A stretch of 62,165 nt of DNA, the filler included, from Candidatus Delongbacteria bacterium (GTDB taxonomy: Bacteria; UBA4055), in NCBI GenBank assembly GCA_016937995.1. It is 3 parts of 3 records of this genome, joined end to end, with 100 filler letters (N's around TTAATTAATTAA, not from the genome) between each part and the next. Parts side by side here need not be neighbours in the genome. Positions count along the whole stretch, not along the records: positions 1 to 27,635 come from JAFGVM010000064.1; 2 more parts are not named here. One strand, given 5' to 3'. This document shows positions 1 through 11,800 of the stretch, in pieces. A model generated the notes under the pieces. It saw only the letters and a list, made by a program, of their open reading frames with translations, did no database searches and was not told the DNA's origin. A program made the position numbers and the translations under genes. Positions within the stretch are counted from its first letter, which is position 1. Every line of letters starts with the position of its first letter.

Positions 1-1
1 A

Positions 2-271
2 CCTTCAAAAGTAATTCCTGTCGAGTTCGTTGTATTCCAGTCCACAGTGATACCCGCTATTCCTTCAAACATTGTAACAAGTGTTTCAGGAACGGATTTT
101 GTGATAGACTGGGATGTCGCAGCTGATGCAACCAGCTACGATGTATATTCGTCTGATGATCCTTACGGAACATTTACTTTAGAGGCTAATGTTGGAACGA
201 ACCAGTATGTTGTTCCTGCAGAGACTGTGAAAAAATTCTATTATATAGTAGCTATCAATAGTACTAAATAA
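2..271 (+). CDS. 3' end of a gene starting before the window; C-terminal ~70-aa FN3/Ig-like beta-sandwich of a probably secreted protein
   Basis: The frame is open from base 2 (PSKVIPVEFVVFQSTVIPAIPSN...), so the ORF-track start at 47 is internal. FN3-like pattern P-x-N...W...ATSYDVY...FYYIVA. Confidence 0.7.
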   Translation, partial: PSKVIPVEFVVFQSTVIPAIPSNIVTSVSGTDFVIDWDVAADATSYDVYSSDDPYGTFTLEANVGTNQYVVPAETVKKFYYIVAINSTK

Positions 272-290
272 CATATGTGCATATATGAAT

Positions 291-322
291 AAAAAGCCGG
301 TTCAAGTAATACCGGCTTTTTT
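291..322 (+). terminator. Intrinsic terminator
   Basis: AAAAAGCCGGT-loop-ACCGGCTTTTTT about 20 nt after the stop at 271. Confidence 0.85.
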
Positions 323-414
323 ATTTATTTTGCTTGTCAATTTCAGATATTTATTTTATCTTAAAAACTTTAATATTTACGCAGAATTAATTCCATAAAA
401 TTTCAAGAAATAAT

Positions 415-3400
415 ATGTCTAAGAAAAAGTTAAAACAACTGGATGAAATGATCAAAGAGATACTTAACGTATCTCATGATGCAATAGTAGTATCAGATAA
501 TGATATGAAGATCATTTATGTCAATGATGTTGCAATAGAGCTTTTTGGATACTACGAAGAAGAAATGATCGGAATGAAAATATTGAATTTACTTCCTGAA
601 AGAAAAAAAGAAAACTATATCATGGACGAACAAAAGATATTGGTAGAAAAAGTTACGATATCCAATGTAGTATCAGGAGAAGAATTCTTTGCTAAAAAAA
701 AGGACGGGACTGAATTTTCAATAGAGTTAACATGGATAAACTGGGAAGGACGATCAAAAAACCTCTATAACATAGCTCAGATCAGAGACATTACAAAAAG
801 AAAATCATTTGAGAAGGAATTAAGAGAAAGTAATGCAACCATAAAAATTTTGAACGAATGCAATAAAGCGTTAATTGATTCTATAGATGAAAATGATTAC
901 TTCAAAAATATTTGTGATAACCTGGTTGATTTTGGAGGTTATAAAATTGCTTGGATCGGTTTAATAAAGCACGATGAAATCCAATCAATTGAACCATTAA
1001 CATACACAGGTTTACCTATAGGGCATTTTGAAAACGAAATTGCCATAAAAGGTAGAATGAGCTGGAAATTTAAAGGAGATTCTTCTACAGGACCAACTGC
1101 TAGAGCAGTTAATCAAAAAAGTGCGGTAGTGTGCAATAATATTCTTACAGATCCAAAGTATGAATCATGGAGAAAAGAAGCAAAGAAAAGAGGTTATAAT
1201 TCACAGATATCTTTACCTTTAGTTGTTGATGAAGATATTGTAGCAATACTAATAATACTGTCAGAGAACCCAGATGCTTTTCAAAATAAAGAGATCAAGT
1301 TTCTTGAAGAACTTTCAAATGATATATCATTCGGTATAAAATCTTTAAGATTAAAAAAAGCTCAAAAAGAAATAGAAGCAAACATTATTAAAAATGAAAT
1401 TGATCTGATTCAACTAAATAAACTTTTACTTGTTACCAGTGAATGCAATAAAGCTTTAACTAAATCAATCAATGCAATAGACTACCTACAGTCAATTTGT
1501 GAAATACTTGTTGAAAAAGGAGGAAACACAAGATCGATATTTCAGAAAGTATATCACGAGGATAGTAATATATATACTGAAGGCTTGGCATTATGTGGAG
1601 AAGATCTAGGAAGCTGGAGCTTGGAGTTTGTAGAAAAAAGAACAATAAAAGGTTTGTCAGGCAGCTGTATAATAGAACGAAGACCGATAGTATATCAAAA
1701 TATCAAGCAAAACGGTAATTATGTGTACTGGGATAAAGATCCTGACAAAGTACTTTTTCAATCAACGGTAGCAATACCACTTTTTGAAGGTAATGTTATT
1801 TCCTGGGTACTAAGAGTATATTCAAAAGATCAGTTTGCATTCGGTTCAAGAGAACTTGCTCTGTTAAAAGATCTGTCTAATGATATTGTTTACGGATTAA
1901 GCACTTTCAAAACCAAAAATGAGAAGTTTTTAACGGAAGTTAAATTAAGTGAATCAGAAGAGAAGTATAAAATACTGTTCCAGAACAGTAACGATGCAAT
2001 ATTTTTAGCAGATAGTGAAACTGGAAGTATAATCGACGCTAATGAAAAAGCTGTTAAAATGCTTGGTGTTGCATTGGATGATATAATCGGTATGCATCAA
2101 ACGAAACTTCACCCAAAAGGAGAAGAAGCTAGATATAAAGAATTGTTTGAATCCCATATTGCTTCTAAACACAAAATTGATCAATTCTATGTTGTTGACA
2201 GCACGGGAAAACATATTCCCGTTCATGTAAGCGCGAGTACAATAGTTATTGGCGGAAGAAAAATTATTCAAGGTATCTTCAGAGATATCTCTGAAACAAA
2301 ACGAAAAGATGAAAAGTTACGTCAAAGTCAGAAAATGGAAGCATTGGGTACTTTGTCAGGTGGAATAGCTCATGATTTTAACAATATTCTTTCACCGATA
2401 ATCGGTTATTCTGAACTTGCAATAATAGAAAAAGACAGCAATAAAGTGTCCAAATATTTAAACGAAATATTATCAGCATCTAACAGAGCAAAAAGTCTAG
2501 TATCTCAGATATTAACATTTTGCAGAAAAGGTGAATCCGAAATGAAACCTTTCAGACTTCAACCGATCATTAAAGAAGCTTTAAAATTAATAAAGATATC
2601 TTTACCATCAAATATCGAAATGGAAATTAATATTGATCAGGATTGCGGTGCTGTCCTGTGTGATCCTACACAGATCCATCAGGTAGTTATGAATCTGTGT
2701 ACTAACGCATATCATTCCATGAAGGAGAAAGGTGGAAAACTGAATGTGTCTTTGCTGGGAATGGATTCAAAAGATATCAGACATGATATTATTGAAGAAG
2801 TGAAAATTAAGAATTACCTATGTCTTACAGTTGAAGATACCGGAACAGGGATGACAAAATCAGTAATGGAAAGAATATTTGAACCGTATTTTACAACTAA
2901 AGGTAAAGATGAAGGAACAGGCCTTGGATTATCAGTAGTTCTTGGTATTATAAAAGCCCATGGTGGAGATATTTATGTCAGAAGCTACCCCGGTGAGGGA
3001 TCTTACTTCAAAGTTATTTTACCATTACTAGAATATCATGCGAGAGATGAGAAAGTAGAAAATACTGATGTTATAAAAGGGAAAAAAGAACGGATAATGG
3101 TTATCGATGATGAAAAAATATTGTGTGAAATAGTTTCAGCAATATTAAATGATCTTGGATATGTAACAACTACTTTTAATAGCAGTCTTGTTGCTCTTGA
3201 GGAATTTAAAAAGGATCCTTATAAATTTGATCTTATTTTTACAGACCAGACAATGCCCGGTATGGTGGGATCGGAACTTGCAAAAAAAATTCTTAAGATA
3301 CGGAATGATATCCCAATTATTCTAGCGACAGGTTATTCACCTCTGATCTCGAAAGAGGATGCACTTAATCTGGGGATAAAAGATTTTATCATGAAACCGT

Positions 3401-3468
3401 TCACCCGCTCCAGTTTGGCAAATGCAGTTGGAGCTGTGTTTGAGAAAAGTAAGGCCGTCAAAGGGTAA
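415..3468 (+). CDS. Cytoplasmic hybrid sensor histidine kinase (PAS-GAF-GAF-PAS-HisKA-HATPase-REC)
   Basis: H-box GGIAHDFNNIL, N-box QVVMNLCTNA, G-boxes DTGTGM and GTGLGL, receiver IDDE...FTDQTMPGM...KPF. No TM segment evident. Confidence 0.92.
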   Translation: MSKKKLKQLDEMIKEILNVSHDAIVVSDNDMKIIYVNDVAIELFGYYEEEMIGMKILNLLPERKKENYIMDEQKILVEKVTISNVVSGEEFFAKKKDGTEFSIELTWINWEGRSKNLYNIAQIRDITKRKSFEKELRESNATIKILNECNKALIDSIDENDYFKNICDNLVDFGGYKIAWIGLIKHDEIQSIEPLTYTGLPIGHFENEIAIKGRMSWKFKGDSSTGPTARAVNQKSAVVCNNILTDPKYESWRKEAKKRGYNSQISLPLVVDEDIVAILIILSENPDAFQNKEIKFLEELSNDISFGIKSLRLKKAQKEIEANIIKNEIDLIQLNKLLLVTSECNKALTKSINAIDYLQSICEILVEKGGNTRSIFQKVYHEDSNIYTEGLALCGEDLGSWSLEFVEKRTIKGLSGSCIIERRPIVYQNIKQNGNYVYWDKDPDKVLFQSTVAIPLFEGNVISWVLRVYSKDQFAFGSRELALLKDLSNDIVYGLSTFKTKNEKFLTEVKLSESEEKYKILFQNSNDAIFLADSETGSIIDANEKAVKMLGVALDDIIGMHQTKLHPKGEEARYKELFESHIASKHKIDQFYVVDSTGKHIPVHVSASTIVIGGRKIIQGIFRDISETKRKDEKLRQSQKMEALGTLSGGIAHDFNNILSPIIGYSELAIIEKDSNKVSKYLNEILSASNRAKSLVSQILTFCRKGESEMKPFRLQPIIKEALKLIKISLPSNIEMEINIDQDCGAVLCDPTQIHQVVMNLCTNAYHSMKEKGGKLNVSLLGMDSKDIRHDIIEEVKIKNYLCLTVEDTGTGMTKSVMERIFEPYFTTKGKDEGTGLGLSVVLGIIKAHGGDIYVRSYPGEGSYFKVILPLLEYHARDEKVENTDVIKGKKERIMVIDDEKILCEIVSAILNDLGYVTTTFNSSLVALEEFKKDPYKFDLIFTDQTMPGMVGSELAKKILKIRNDIPIILATGYSPLISKEDALNLGIKDFIMKPFTRSSLANAVGAVFEKSKAVKG

Positions 3469-3573
3469 ATAAAACCAAATAAATATTTTATATTTTCATA
3501 AATAAATTGTTAGAATAATTGCAATTTTGTTGTTATATTATTTTTCACTAAAATTAATTCATAGGGTTATACA

Positions 3574-5058
3574 ATGAATGTGGATACTGCTTTAAAAAAC
3601 AGCATAAAAAAGAACATCAATGATCTGATGGATTCTTCAGCAGATTATGTCGATGTAAGGTATTTGTTAAATGATGATTCTGAATCCATAATGCTTTATA
3701 ACGGAAATCTCGAATCGAATGATACTACTTTCGAGAGTGGTCTTGGAGTCAGAGTTTTATACAAAGGTACCTGGGGATTTGCAGCAACAAGCAATTTGAA
3801 CTCGATAGAAAATTGTTTTCAACAAGCTTTTCATAATGCAAAAACAGCAGCTTCTTTAGTTAAAGTACCTCTTTCCATGGGGAAGAAAGAACCACACATA
3901 AGTAATTTTAAATCTCCGGTTAAAATTGATCCGTTCACTGTTCCTCTCTCGGAAAAATTAGCTTTTTTAAACAAGATAGATGAGCAATTGAAAGAGGAAT
4001 GGATATTGCAGAGAATCGTAAGAGCTGACTTTCAAAAAAAGATATCTCTATTTCTAAACAGTGAAGGTACTGAAGTTGAACGTGAACTATACAATGTTTT
4101 TGCATCAATTAACATAATGGCTCTTGATAATGAAGGTCAAATGCAGAACAGAACTCATGATCTCTTTACAACGGGAAACGGTACAAGAGGATGGGAAATG
4201 TTAATTGATCCAGATCTGTTCAGTGGAAATATTGAAAGAATAAAATCAGAGCTTAAGGAATTGACAAAAGCTGATTCGCTGGAGTATGGAAAAAGAACTG
4301 TTATACTTCTACCGACACAGGCCTGGTTACAGGTTCATGAGACTATCGGGCACCCTCTTGAGTTGGACAGAATATTAGGATATGAACTTTCATATGCAGG
4401 TGGTTCCTTTGTTGATCTTGATTCTTTTGGCAAATTACAATATGGAAGTAAAAAGCTGAATGTGAGTGCTTATGGCAGTATTGAAAATTCTCCCGGTTCA
4501 TTTGGTTATGATGATGAGGGTTCACCTGAAAGAGATTATATGCTTATAAAAGACGGCATACTGGTAAATGCATTAACTTCAAGAGCAATGATAAATGAAG
4601 CCAATCAAAAAGCCGGCAAACAGATATTTAAAGAAAGTGGCGGTGCCGCCAGAGCAACAGCATTCTACAGAGCACCTATAGACAGAATGACGAACGTAAA
4701 CATACTGCCGGGAAGTGATGGAACACTTGAAGATATTATAGCCGGAACCGAGGATGGTATAATCGTTGATTATCCAAATTCATGGTCGATAGGTTCAAAC
4801 AGGGAACATTTTCACTTTGGTTGTGAGATCGCCTGGGAAGTTAAGAAAGGAAAGATCACCAGGGTATTAAAAAATCCGACTTACCAGGGACATACAATAG
4901 AATTTTATAATTCATTGTCAGCAGTCGGTGACAGATCCACATGGCAGGTCGGCCAGGTAGATAATTGTGGTAAAGGTGAACCTAACCAGGTAATGCAACT
5001 TGGACATGGTGTTCCTGTAGTTAAGTTTGATAATGTAATTACCGGAGAGAGGAAATAA
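3574..5058 (+). CDS. tldD: TldD family metalloprotease subunit
   Basis: HExxGH motif VHETIGHPLELDR, RMTN and the C-terminal CGKG motif. Confidence 0.9.
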   Translation: MNVDTALKNSIKKNINDLMDSSADYVDVRYLLNDDSESIMLYNGNLESNDTTFESGLGVRVLYKGTWGFAATSNLNSIENCFQQAFHNAKTAASLVKVPLSMGKKEPHISNFKSPVKIDPFTVPLSEKLAFLNKIDEQLKEEWILQRIVRADFQKKISLFLNSEGTEVERELYNVFASINIMALDNEGQMQNRTHDLFTTGNGTRGWEMLIDPDLFSGNIERIKSELKELTKADSLEYGKRTVILLPTQAWLQVHETIGHPLELDRILGYELSYAGGSFVDLDSFGKLQYGSKKLNVSAYGSIENSPGSFGYDDEGSPERDYMLIKDGILVNALTSRAMINEANQKAGKQIFKESGGAARATAFYRAPIDRMTNVNILPGSDGTLEDIIAGTEDGIIVDYPNSWSIGSNREHFHFGCEIAWEVKKGKITRVLKNPTYQGHTIEFYNSLSAVGDRSTWQVGQVDNCGKGEPNQVMQLGHGVPVVKFDNVITGERK

Positions 5059-5060
5059 TC

Positions 5061-6434
5061 ATGATAAATGAAAAAATAAAGAATATAATAATAGAATCCA
5101 GAGATATAGCTGCCGAGAAAAAATTACAGGCATCATTTTTGCTACATTATGAGAACAGTCACTTAATGAGGATCGGGAATAATTCGGTATCTTTGAGCAC
5201 ATCAGAAGAATTGTTCAGACTGGATATAGTTGTAACTATCGGATCTAAGCAGGGGTCACATACACAACTCGGTGACATAAGCTCAATTGATCAAATATTA
5301 AGATCATTGGAAATAGCAGAAGAAAAAGCAAAAGTGGCGAATGACAAGGATTATACTCCGATCGAAGATATTGTTGATGAAGAGGTCAAAGAAGAATCCC
5401 AGTATGACAGTGATTTTGAAAAATTATCACCTTCTTTTAAAGCTCAAGCTTACGCAGAAATATTTAATCAGGTAGGAGATAAATATAATTATTCCGGATC
5501 ATGGTCAAGTGGATATACAGAGCAGTTCATTGCCACTACAAATAACAGAAATACTGCATATCATAAAGGTACTGACCAATTATTCAGCATTGTTCTTAAA
5601 CATCCAGAGAAACACTGGGAGATAACTTCGTCTCAAACAGGCTGGAGGAAAGATGACTTTTCTGTTGAATCTGTTATAAAACAACTGAAGGAATATGTTG
5701 AATATTATGAAAATCTTCAACCTGTTAAAATTGAACCTAATAAATATACAGTTGTACTCGGTCCACAGGCGATTGCAGAAGTAATTGAGATGGCCATTTA
5801 TACCGGATTCTGGGGAAGAATTTATGAAGAAAAGCAGGGATGGACCTCTAATAATAAATTCGGAGACAAAATTTTAGGTGAGAACATCAGCATCTGTGAT
5901 GATCCTGCGAACGATAATACATTTAAGTTTAAATTTGATCTTTCGGGACAATCGAGAATTAAGAGAATGCTTGTTGAAAATGGGATATTCAAAGGACTAA
6001 TGTATGATCCGTCCACAGCAGCAAAATTCAATAAGCAGAAAACCGGACATAATATCAGATCTTCAAGTATTTCAGTGAAATGCGGTGATGGAGAAGAATG
6101 CCCTTTAGAAGCAGTAAAAAGTTTAGGAGATGTATTATATATACCTGCGCTTCATTATATAAATCTGCCTAACATCAGCAAAGGTATTTTTACAGGCAGT
6201 TCACGATTCAATGCTCTTTATGTTAAAGATGGAAAAGTAGTTGGTCCTATATATTCTTCAAGAATAACAGATACTTTTCAAAATGTGTTCGGAGATGTTG
6301 CAAAAATTTCTAAAGCGGATATTTCTGTTAATCTGTCGAATACATACGGGCGTAGAGCTCCGGTAGCATCGAGTGTTCCTAAATATATGGTATGCCGGGG
6401 TGTTAAAATAACAGACAGTGCGGATAGTTTTTAG
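5061..6434 (+). CDS. TldE/PmbA family subunit
   Basis: Starts 2 nt after tldD. PmbA/TldD C-terminal patterns (YTVVLGPQA, ISICDDP, LVENG). Lacks HExxGH, as expected for the non-catalytic partner. Confidence 0.8.
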   Translation: MINEKIKNIIIESRDIAAEKKLQASFLLHYENSHLMRIGNNSVSLSTSEELFRLDIVVTIGSKQGSHTQLGDISSIDQILRSLEIAEEKAKVANDKDYTPIEDIVDEEVKEESQYDSDFEKLSPSFKAQAYAEIFNQVGDKYNYSGSWSSGYTEQFIATTNNRNTAYHKGTDQLFSIVLKHPEKHWEITSSQTGWRKDDFSVESVIKQLKEYVEYYENLQPVKIEPNKYTVVLGPQAIAEVIEMAIYTGFWGRIYEEKQGWTSNNKFGDKILGENISICDDPANDNTFKFKFDLSGQSRIKRMLVENGIFKGLMYDPSTAAKFNKQKTGHNIRSSSISVKCGDGEECPLEAVKSLGDVLYIPALHYINLPNISKGIFTGSSRFNALYVKDGKVVGPIYSSRITDTFQNVFGDVAKISKADISVNLSNTYGRRAPVASSVPKYMVCRGVKITDSADSF

Positions 6435-6438
6435 TGAG

Positions 6439-6459
6439 TAAGGCAGTTAAACTGCCTTA
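6439..6459. terminator. Probable bidirectional terminator between convergent genes
   Basis: TAAGGCAGT-taa-ACTGCCTTA hairpin overlapping the stop of the minus-strand gene. Confidence 0.65.
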
Positions 6460-6819
6460 TTTCATTTTAGGGATATTGTCCTTAAACATTTTTTCATAAG
6501 CCACTTTTGAAGTATCACTGATAACATAATTGATCTCTAATCCCTGAGTATTTTCAACAAGCACCTCAAAAGTATCCATGTCCGGATCAATTGTAATAAT
6601 GATCTGTTTTGCAATTTGGGGGGTTAAATTATATTCTTCAAGATATACAGGTTTAACAGACCAGCATTTGTATTCCTGAGGATAACCGAAAGCATCTAGT
6701 TGAACTATCCAGTTACATGCAAATATTTCTATATGCGTATAGTCGTGTACCGGTTGATTAACATCAGAATCACAACTGATCAAAATAAATAAAAATATAG
6801 ATAAAAGGAAATTCTTCAA
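6457..6819 (-). CDS. Hypothetical lipoprotein
   Basis: TTG start, signal peptide MKNFLLSIFLFILIS-C with lipobox, fills an otherwise empty gap. Confidence 0.65.
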   Translation of the reverse strand: MKNFLLSIFLFILISCDSDVNQPVHDYTHIEIFACNWIVQLDAFGYPQEYKCWSVKPVYLEEYNLTPQIAKQIIITIDPDMDTFEVLVENTQGLEINYVISDTSKVAYEKMFKDNIPKMK

Positions 6820-7016
6820 ATTTACATCCGGTTAAGTATTAACATATTTATCGCTAATTCTAATATAATTTAAATCACGCAATTAGTCAATTTAAAAAAC
6901 TAACTGCTTCATGTTACTCTGTTGAACATGATAGTTTAAAATGAAATATTTTGAACTATTTTAAATTATATTAGTTATAGTAAGTTATTAATGTTATATA
7001 GGAGAAGCACAAGAAG

Positions 7017-8864
7017 ATGGTCTTGAATCTGAAATGGAAATATACAGGGCGTTATTTATCAGCATTTTTTGCAATTATCATTTTTTTCATATCAACATCT
7101 GTTTGTGGTCAGAACACAAAAAAAATGTTCAAAGACAGATCTGCCGTTCCTAAAAACTATAATCAGGTGCAGGCAGTCATTATTAAAGCTGACAGATACG
7201 AATCATTCTCAGAATATTCAAAAGCCTATAGTCTTTATAACAGTTTGATAAGGACTAACTTTACAGATCCTCAGGTATTGAATGGATATGTTAGAAATTC
7301 CGTTAAAACTAATAGGATAAAAGAGTGCGAAATAAAATTAAAACAGATAATTTTAGATTATAAAAAGGATGAAAAGAAAAAAAGTAATATAGTTGAAATA
7401 CAACTTGAATCTTTTCTTGGGCAATTATTTTTTATGACCGGAAGAGATATGCAGGGTAATGAAATAATAAAATTGATAAATTCTTCCGATATTTCAAATA
7501 AATTGAAGTATTCTACAAAAGGCAGGATTTATTTTGAATCAGGTTCGTATAAAAACTCAATAGATCAATATTTAAAGGCAAGAACTGAATTAGATGATGA
7601 AAATATATTTTCAAAAGAGCTTTTTTATTCCTACAGGTCAAGTAATATGATCTCAGATGCTGCTGAAGAATTGGTAAACATATTTATATCTGAAGACAGG
7701 CAGATAGACAGGGAGATCAGATTTGATGTATTTTCTTCAAAACATGAAATGGTCAAGTTGTTTCAGGATGAGATGAACAGAAAACCTATAATAAAAAAAG
7801 TGAAGGAGCGTTCTACAAAAAATAAGAAACTTATCCCTTTACTTTCAGAGCTTTATTTCATGAACAAAGATTATGATCAATCCTTTGAGGTTATCAAAAA
7901 TACAAATATTGATGACGATATACCTGCTATTATTTCTTTTGCAAACAGACTGTACAAAGATAAAGAATATGAAAATTCAGCTAATTTTTTCAGTTTATAC
8001 TTTACAGACTCTTATGAACTGACCGATGATGATATGGAGCAGTTCTTAGTTTATATAGAAGTACTTCTGAATTTAAATGAATTTGATAAATGCATAGATA
8101 AGCTTTCAAAATATGATTTCCCTGAGACAAAGATAAAGAACGCATATATTTTCCATCAAACAGGAAATTGGGATAAAGCAGTATCTGAATATGAGAATGA
8201 AATTGAAAATTTAAAAGAATTTCCAAAGGAATTCATTGATTATTTAAAATTATTGATCAGTATTGATGATCTTGCTAAATGTCAGAATATTGTAACGAAA
8301 TCGCTTAAAGATGTTTCGTATCATTCCCTGAGAAGGGAAGTAGAAGATCAACTGTTATTTATCGATATAATGCTCAGCCTTTTTCAAAACAATATGAATG
8401 AATTTAATGAAAAATATGAGAAATTAACAAAAGACAATATTATTGCAGATACAGATAATGATATAATAAAAGTTAAAAATCAGCTTCAGATCATTGATGG
8501 TGATGACAGGTTACGAAACAGTTATTTTGATTACTTACGGAATAATATTGATCCAACAAATAAATTCGAAATTATTCCGGATGATCCTGATAATTCGGAA
8601 GATAAAGCTGAAATATTGTTTGTCTTAGGATTAAAATATTACTATCTTAAGGCTTCAAAAAACATTGAAGAGCAGAGTAAGGTCATAAGACTGATATTAG
8701 ACCAGGATCCAACCAGTTCAGATATAGGTCTTTTGATACTGGATTATTGTGAAAACAATGATATCAAAAAAGAGGAAAGAAATGAGATCATTATGGAGTT
8801 ATTAAAAGGAGAATATTCTGATCTTATAAAATCCAGGGCAAGAAAAATCATAAGGCAGAATTAA
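7017..8864 (+). CDS. Exported TPR-repeat protein, co-transcribed with sprA
   Basis: N-terminal hydrophobic segment, TPR-like helices (GRIYFESGSYKNSIDQYLKA; AYIFHQTGNWDKAVSEYE), 5-nt gap to sprA. Confidence 0.7.
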   Translation: MVLNLKWKYTGRYLSAFFAIIIFFISTSVCGQNTKKMFKDRSAVPKNYNQVQAVIIKADRYESFSEYSKAYSLYNSLIRTNFTDPQVLNGYVRNSVKTNRIKECEIKLKQIILDYKKDEKKKSNIVEIQLESFLGQLFFMTGRDMQGNEIIKLINSSDISNKLKYSTKGRIYFESGSYKNSIDQYLKARTELDDENIFSKELFYSYRSSNMISDAAEELVNIFISEDRQIDREIRFDVFSSKHEMVKLFQDEMNRKPIIKKVKERSTKNKKLIPLLSELYFMNKDYDQSFEVIKNTNIDDDIPAIISFANRLYKDKEYENSANFFSLYFTDSYELTDDDMEQFLVYIEVLLNLNEFDKCIDKLSKYDFPETKIKNAYIFHQTGNWDKAVSEYENEIENLKEFPKEFIDYLKLLISIDDLAKCQNIVTKSLKDVSYHSLRREVEDQLLFIDIMLSLFQNNMNEFNEKYEKLTKDNIIADTDNDIIKVKNQLQIIDGDDRLRNSYFDYLRNNIDPTNKFEIIPDDPDNSEDKAEILFVLGLKYYYLKASKNIEEQSKVIRLILDQDPTSSDIGLLILDYCENNDIKKEERNEIIMELLKGEYSDLIKSRARKIIRQN

Positions 8865-8869
8865 GTTTA

Positions 8870-11800
8870 ATGAAATTGAGATCAGTTTTAAATATTCTCA
8901 TGTTCATCTTGGTATTAGATCTTTTTTCTATTCAAAATTCAGACAGTACATCGTTTAAATTAATATATGATACCGGAATACTGAAAAATCAGGTTGAAGT
9001 ATTTCCTCCGGTAGGACAGAATTTTCTGACTAAATATAAAAAAGATTCAATTGTCTTTTCCATCAGCTCAACTAAATATAAACATGGTATTGAGATAGAT
9101 GAATCAATGCAGTATGTTGTCATATATGAAAGACTTTTCGAGGAAGATTATAAAAAATCAATAGTGATGAAGCTTCAGGATTATATCTCTCAAAGAACCG
9201 AATATGAAACAAGGGATCAGTGGTTCAAATCAGTAACGAAGGGCCTGGGAGTGGGAGAATATGGAGGTTTCCTGTCAGGTGAAGAAATTGCAATAGATAT
9301 TCCATTTAAAATTAAATCAAGGACTTTTCACAGGGTTTTTGGTGGGGATAAGATCGGATTGAGAGTAAAAGGATCCCTGTCATTAAGTATTACCGGTCAA
9401 AAGAGTTATACTGATCTTCCAAATGTTGAAGATTCAAGCTTTGATTTTACTCTCGATCAGACTCAGAATATTTCTATCAGAGGAAAAATAGGTACCAAAG
9501 TCGATGTTGATATTGCACAGAATACGGAGTCTCTGGATTTTGAGAACTCTCTTAAGTTAACTTATACCGGTGAGAGTGATGAGATCATACAGAAGTTCGA
9601 AGCAGGGAATATCGGTCTTAGTTTACCGGGTACCAGGTTCGTAAGTTACAGTGGTGTCAATAAAGGATTATTCGGTTTGAAAACTGTGATGCAGATAGGA
9701 AATCTGAAGAATACCACTATCGCATCATTTGAGAAAGGACAGAAAAATCAACTTACTGTTAAGGGTGGAGTGACAACAAGAGAAGTATCTATTAATGCGA
9801 AAAATTACCTGCCATACACTTATTTCTACATTGAGGACAGTTTTAAGGAAAATTTTGCTACAGAGAACAACTATGAAAATATACTTGCCCATGTTCCGTT
9901 ATCAACTTCAATTTATAAAATTCAACCCTATTCTCTCGAACTGTTCGTAACAATCGGGAATGAAGTAGGTACATTCCCGGATGCGGATATATATATTGAT
10001 TATACTGATAACTCTGATTCAATTGGTGTATATCCGAACAGTTACCCCAATTTATATAAACAGAACCGTGTAAAAAGATTAGAACCTGAGCAATATGAAA
10101 TAAATAACGAGCTTGGATATATCAGGTTAAAATCTGTTAATCTTGTAAGTGGACAGATCCTTGCAGTGAAATACATTAAACAACACTACCAATTATTGAC
10201 CGATACAATACACATAGGAAAAAAAGTAAGTGATACAAAATATGAGCTTCAGATAATAGCTGAAAAAGGTCAGAAATTCAGTGCTCCCTGGTCAGATCTT
10301 GAATGGAAAAACGTTTATTCTCTGGGAGGAACAGATGTCAGTAGAGAGGATTTTAAACTCACAATAACAAAAGATGTAGCCGGTACAACAAAATCCGAAG
10401 AATTGGATCCATCCGGAGTTCCGGTACCATATCTTCAATGGTATGAGGTGGAGGATGAGCAGGCTAATGACCTTGTGGATATAGGCTACCTGAACCCAGC
10501 TTACGGAGAGTTCAGATTCCCTAATCAGAGACCGTTCGAACCTGACAGCAACAGTGTGATCTATAAAACCACAGGACTTGCAGATACACTTTTTACAGAT
10601 CCTGAAATATATCAGGACCCTTATACGACATTTACTTCTCCATTCAATCTGAAATTTGTGATCACCAGTAAATCGAGTACTTATCAGCTTGGATTTAACG
10701 TGATCGAAGGATCGGAAGTTGTAAGGTCCGGAGCAACTGAATTACAAAAAGATGTGGATTATATAATAGATTATCACTCAGGACAGCTTTCTCTGATCAA
10801 TGACCTTTATCAAACAGCTGACATAGAAATTTCTTATGAATCTGCAACAATATTTCAACTCGATGAAAAAGTTCTTTTAGGTAACAGATTTGAATATTCT
10901 TTCAATAAAGATACGTACATAGGAGGTACCGTTCTTTATTTATCTGAATCAACAAATGAGGAAAGGGTCCATGTCGGGTATGAACCAAAAAGAAATCTTA
11001 CTCTGGATATTAACGGACAAACAAAATTTGATACACCTTTCATTACTAAGATGCTTGACAGATTACCTCTGATAGAAACTGACTCAAAATCATCATTTTC
11101 ACTGGAAGGTGAGGTTGCACAGATATATCCAAATCCCAACCCACTGGATGCGGCTTACATAGATGATTTTGAGAACAGCAAGAAAAATACTTCACTGGGT
11201 ATCAATTATTCAAGCTGGCATTACTCATCAGTACCGGATTATTATGAGACCCTTGTTTCTTATACACAATCAACTGATGTGACCGGTGATGGATTGATCT
11301 TACCAACATCATACTTTCTTCAGGCATATTCCGGAAATTCTGAAACAGATGAACCTGCATTTTACTGGTATAATCCCAATGATGATGATAAATTGGCAAA
11401 AGATGATATTTATACTGATGTTCCTGCAACGGAAAAAAACGATAAAGTATCGACTCTGGATATGATATTTAAGCCTATGAACAGATCTGAAGGTATCAAC
11501 GGTAATGATATTAGACCAGAAGATTCATGGGGTGGAGTTATGAAGTATCTTCATTCATCATATCAGGATATGAGAGAGATAAAATATATTGAATTTCTTG
11601 CTTCAACAAACAGAAATATAACATTGAATATTGACATTGGTGAATTGAGTGAGGATGTTATACCGGATGGATATCTGAACACTGAGGATATTAACAACAA
11701 TAATGTTCTTGATATTGTTGATAATTCTGAGGATACAGGACTGGATATGATGTCAGGACAAAATGATTTTAACCCTTTGTATCTCTTCGATCCAAACTCC

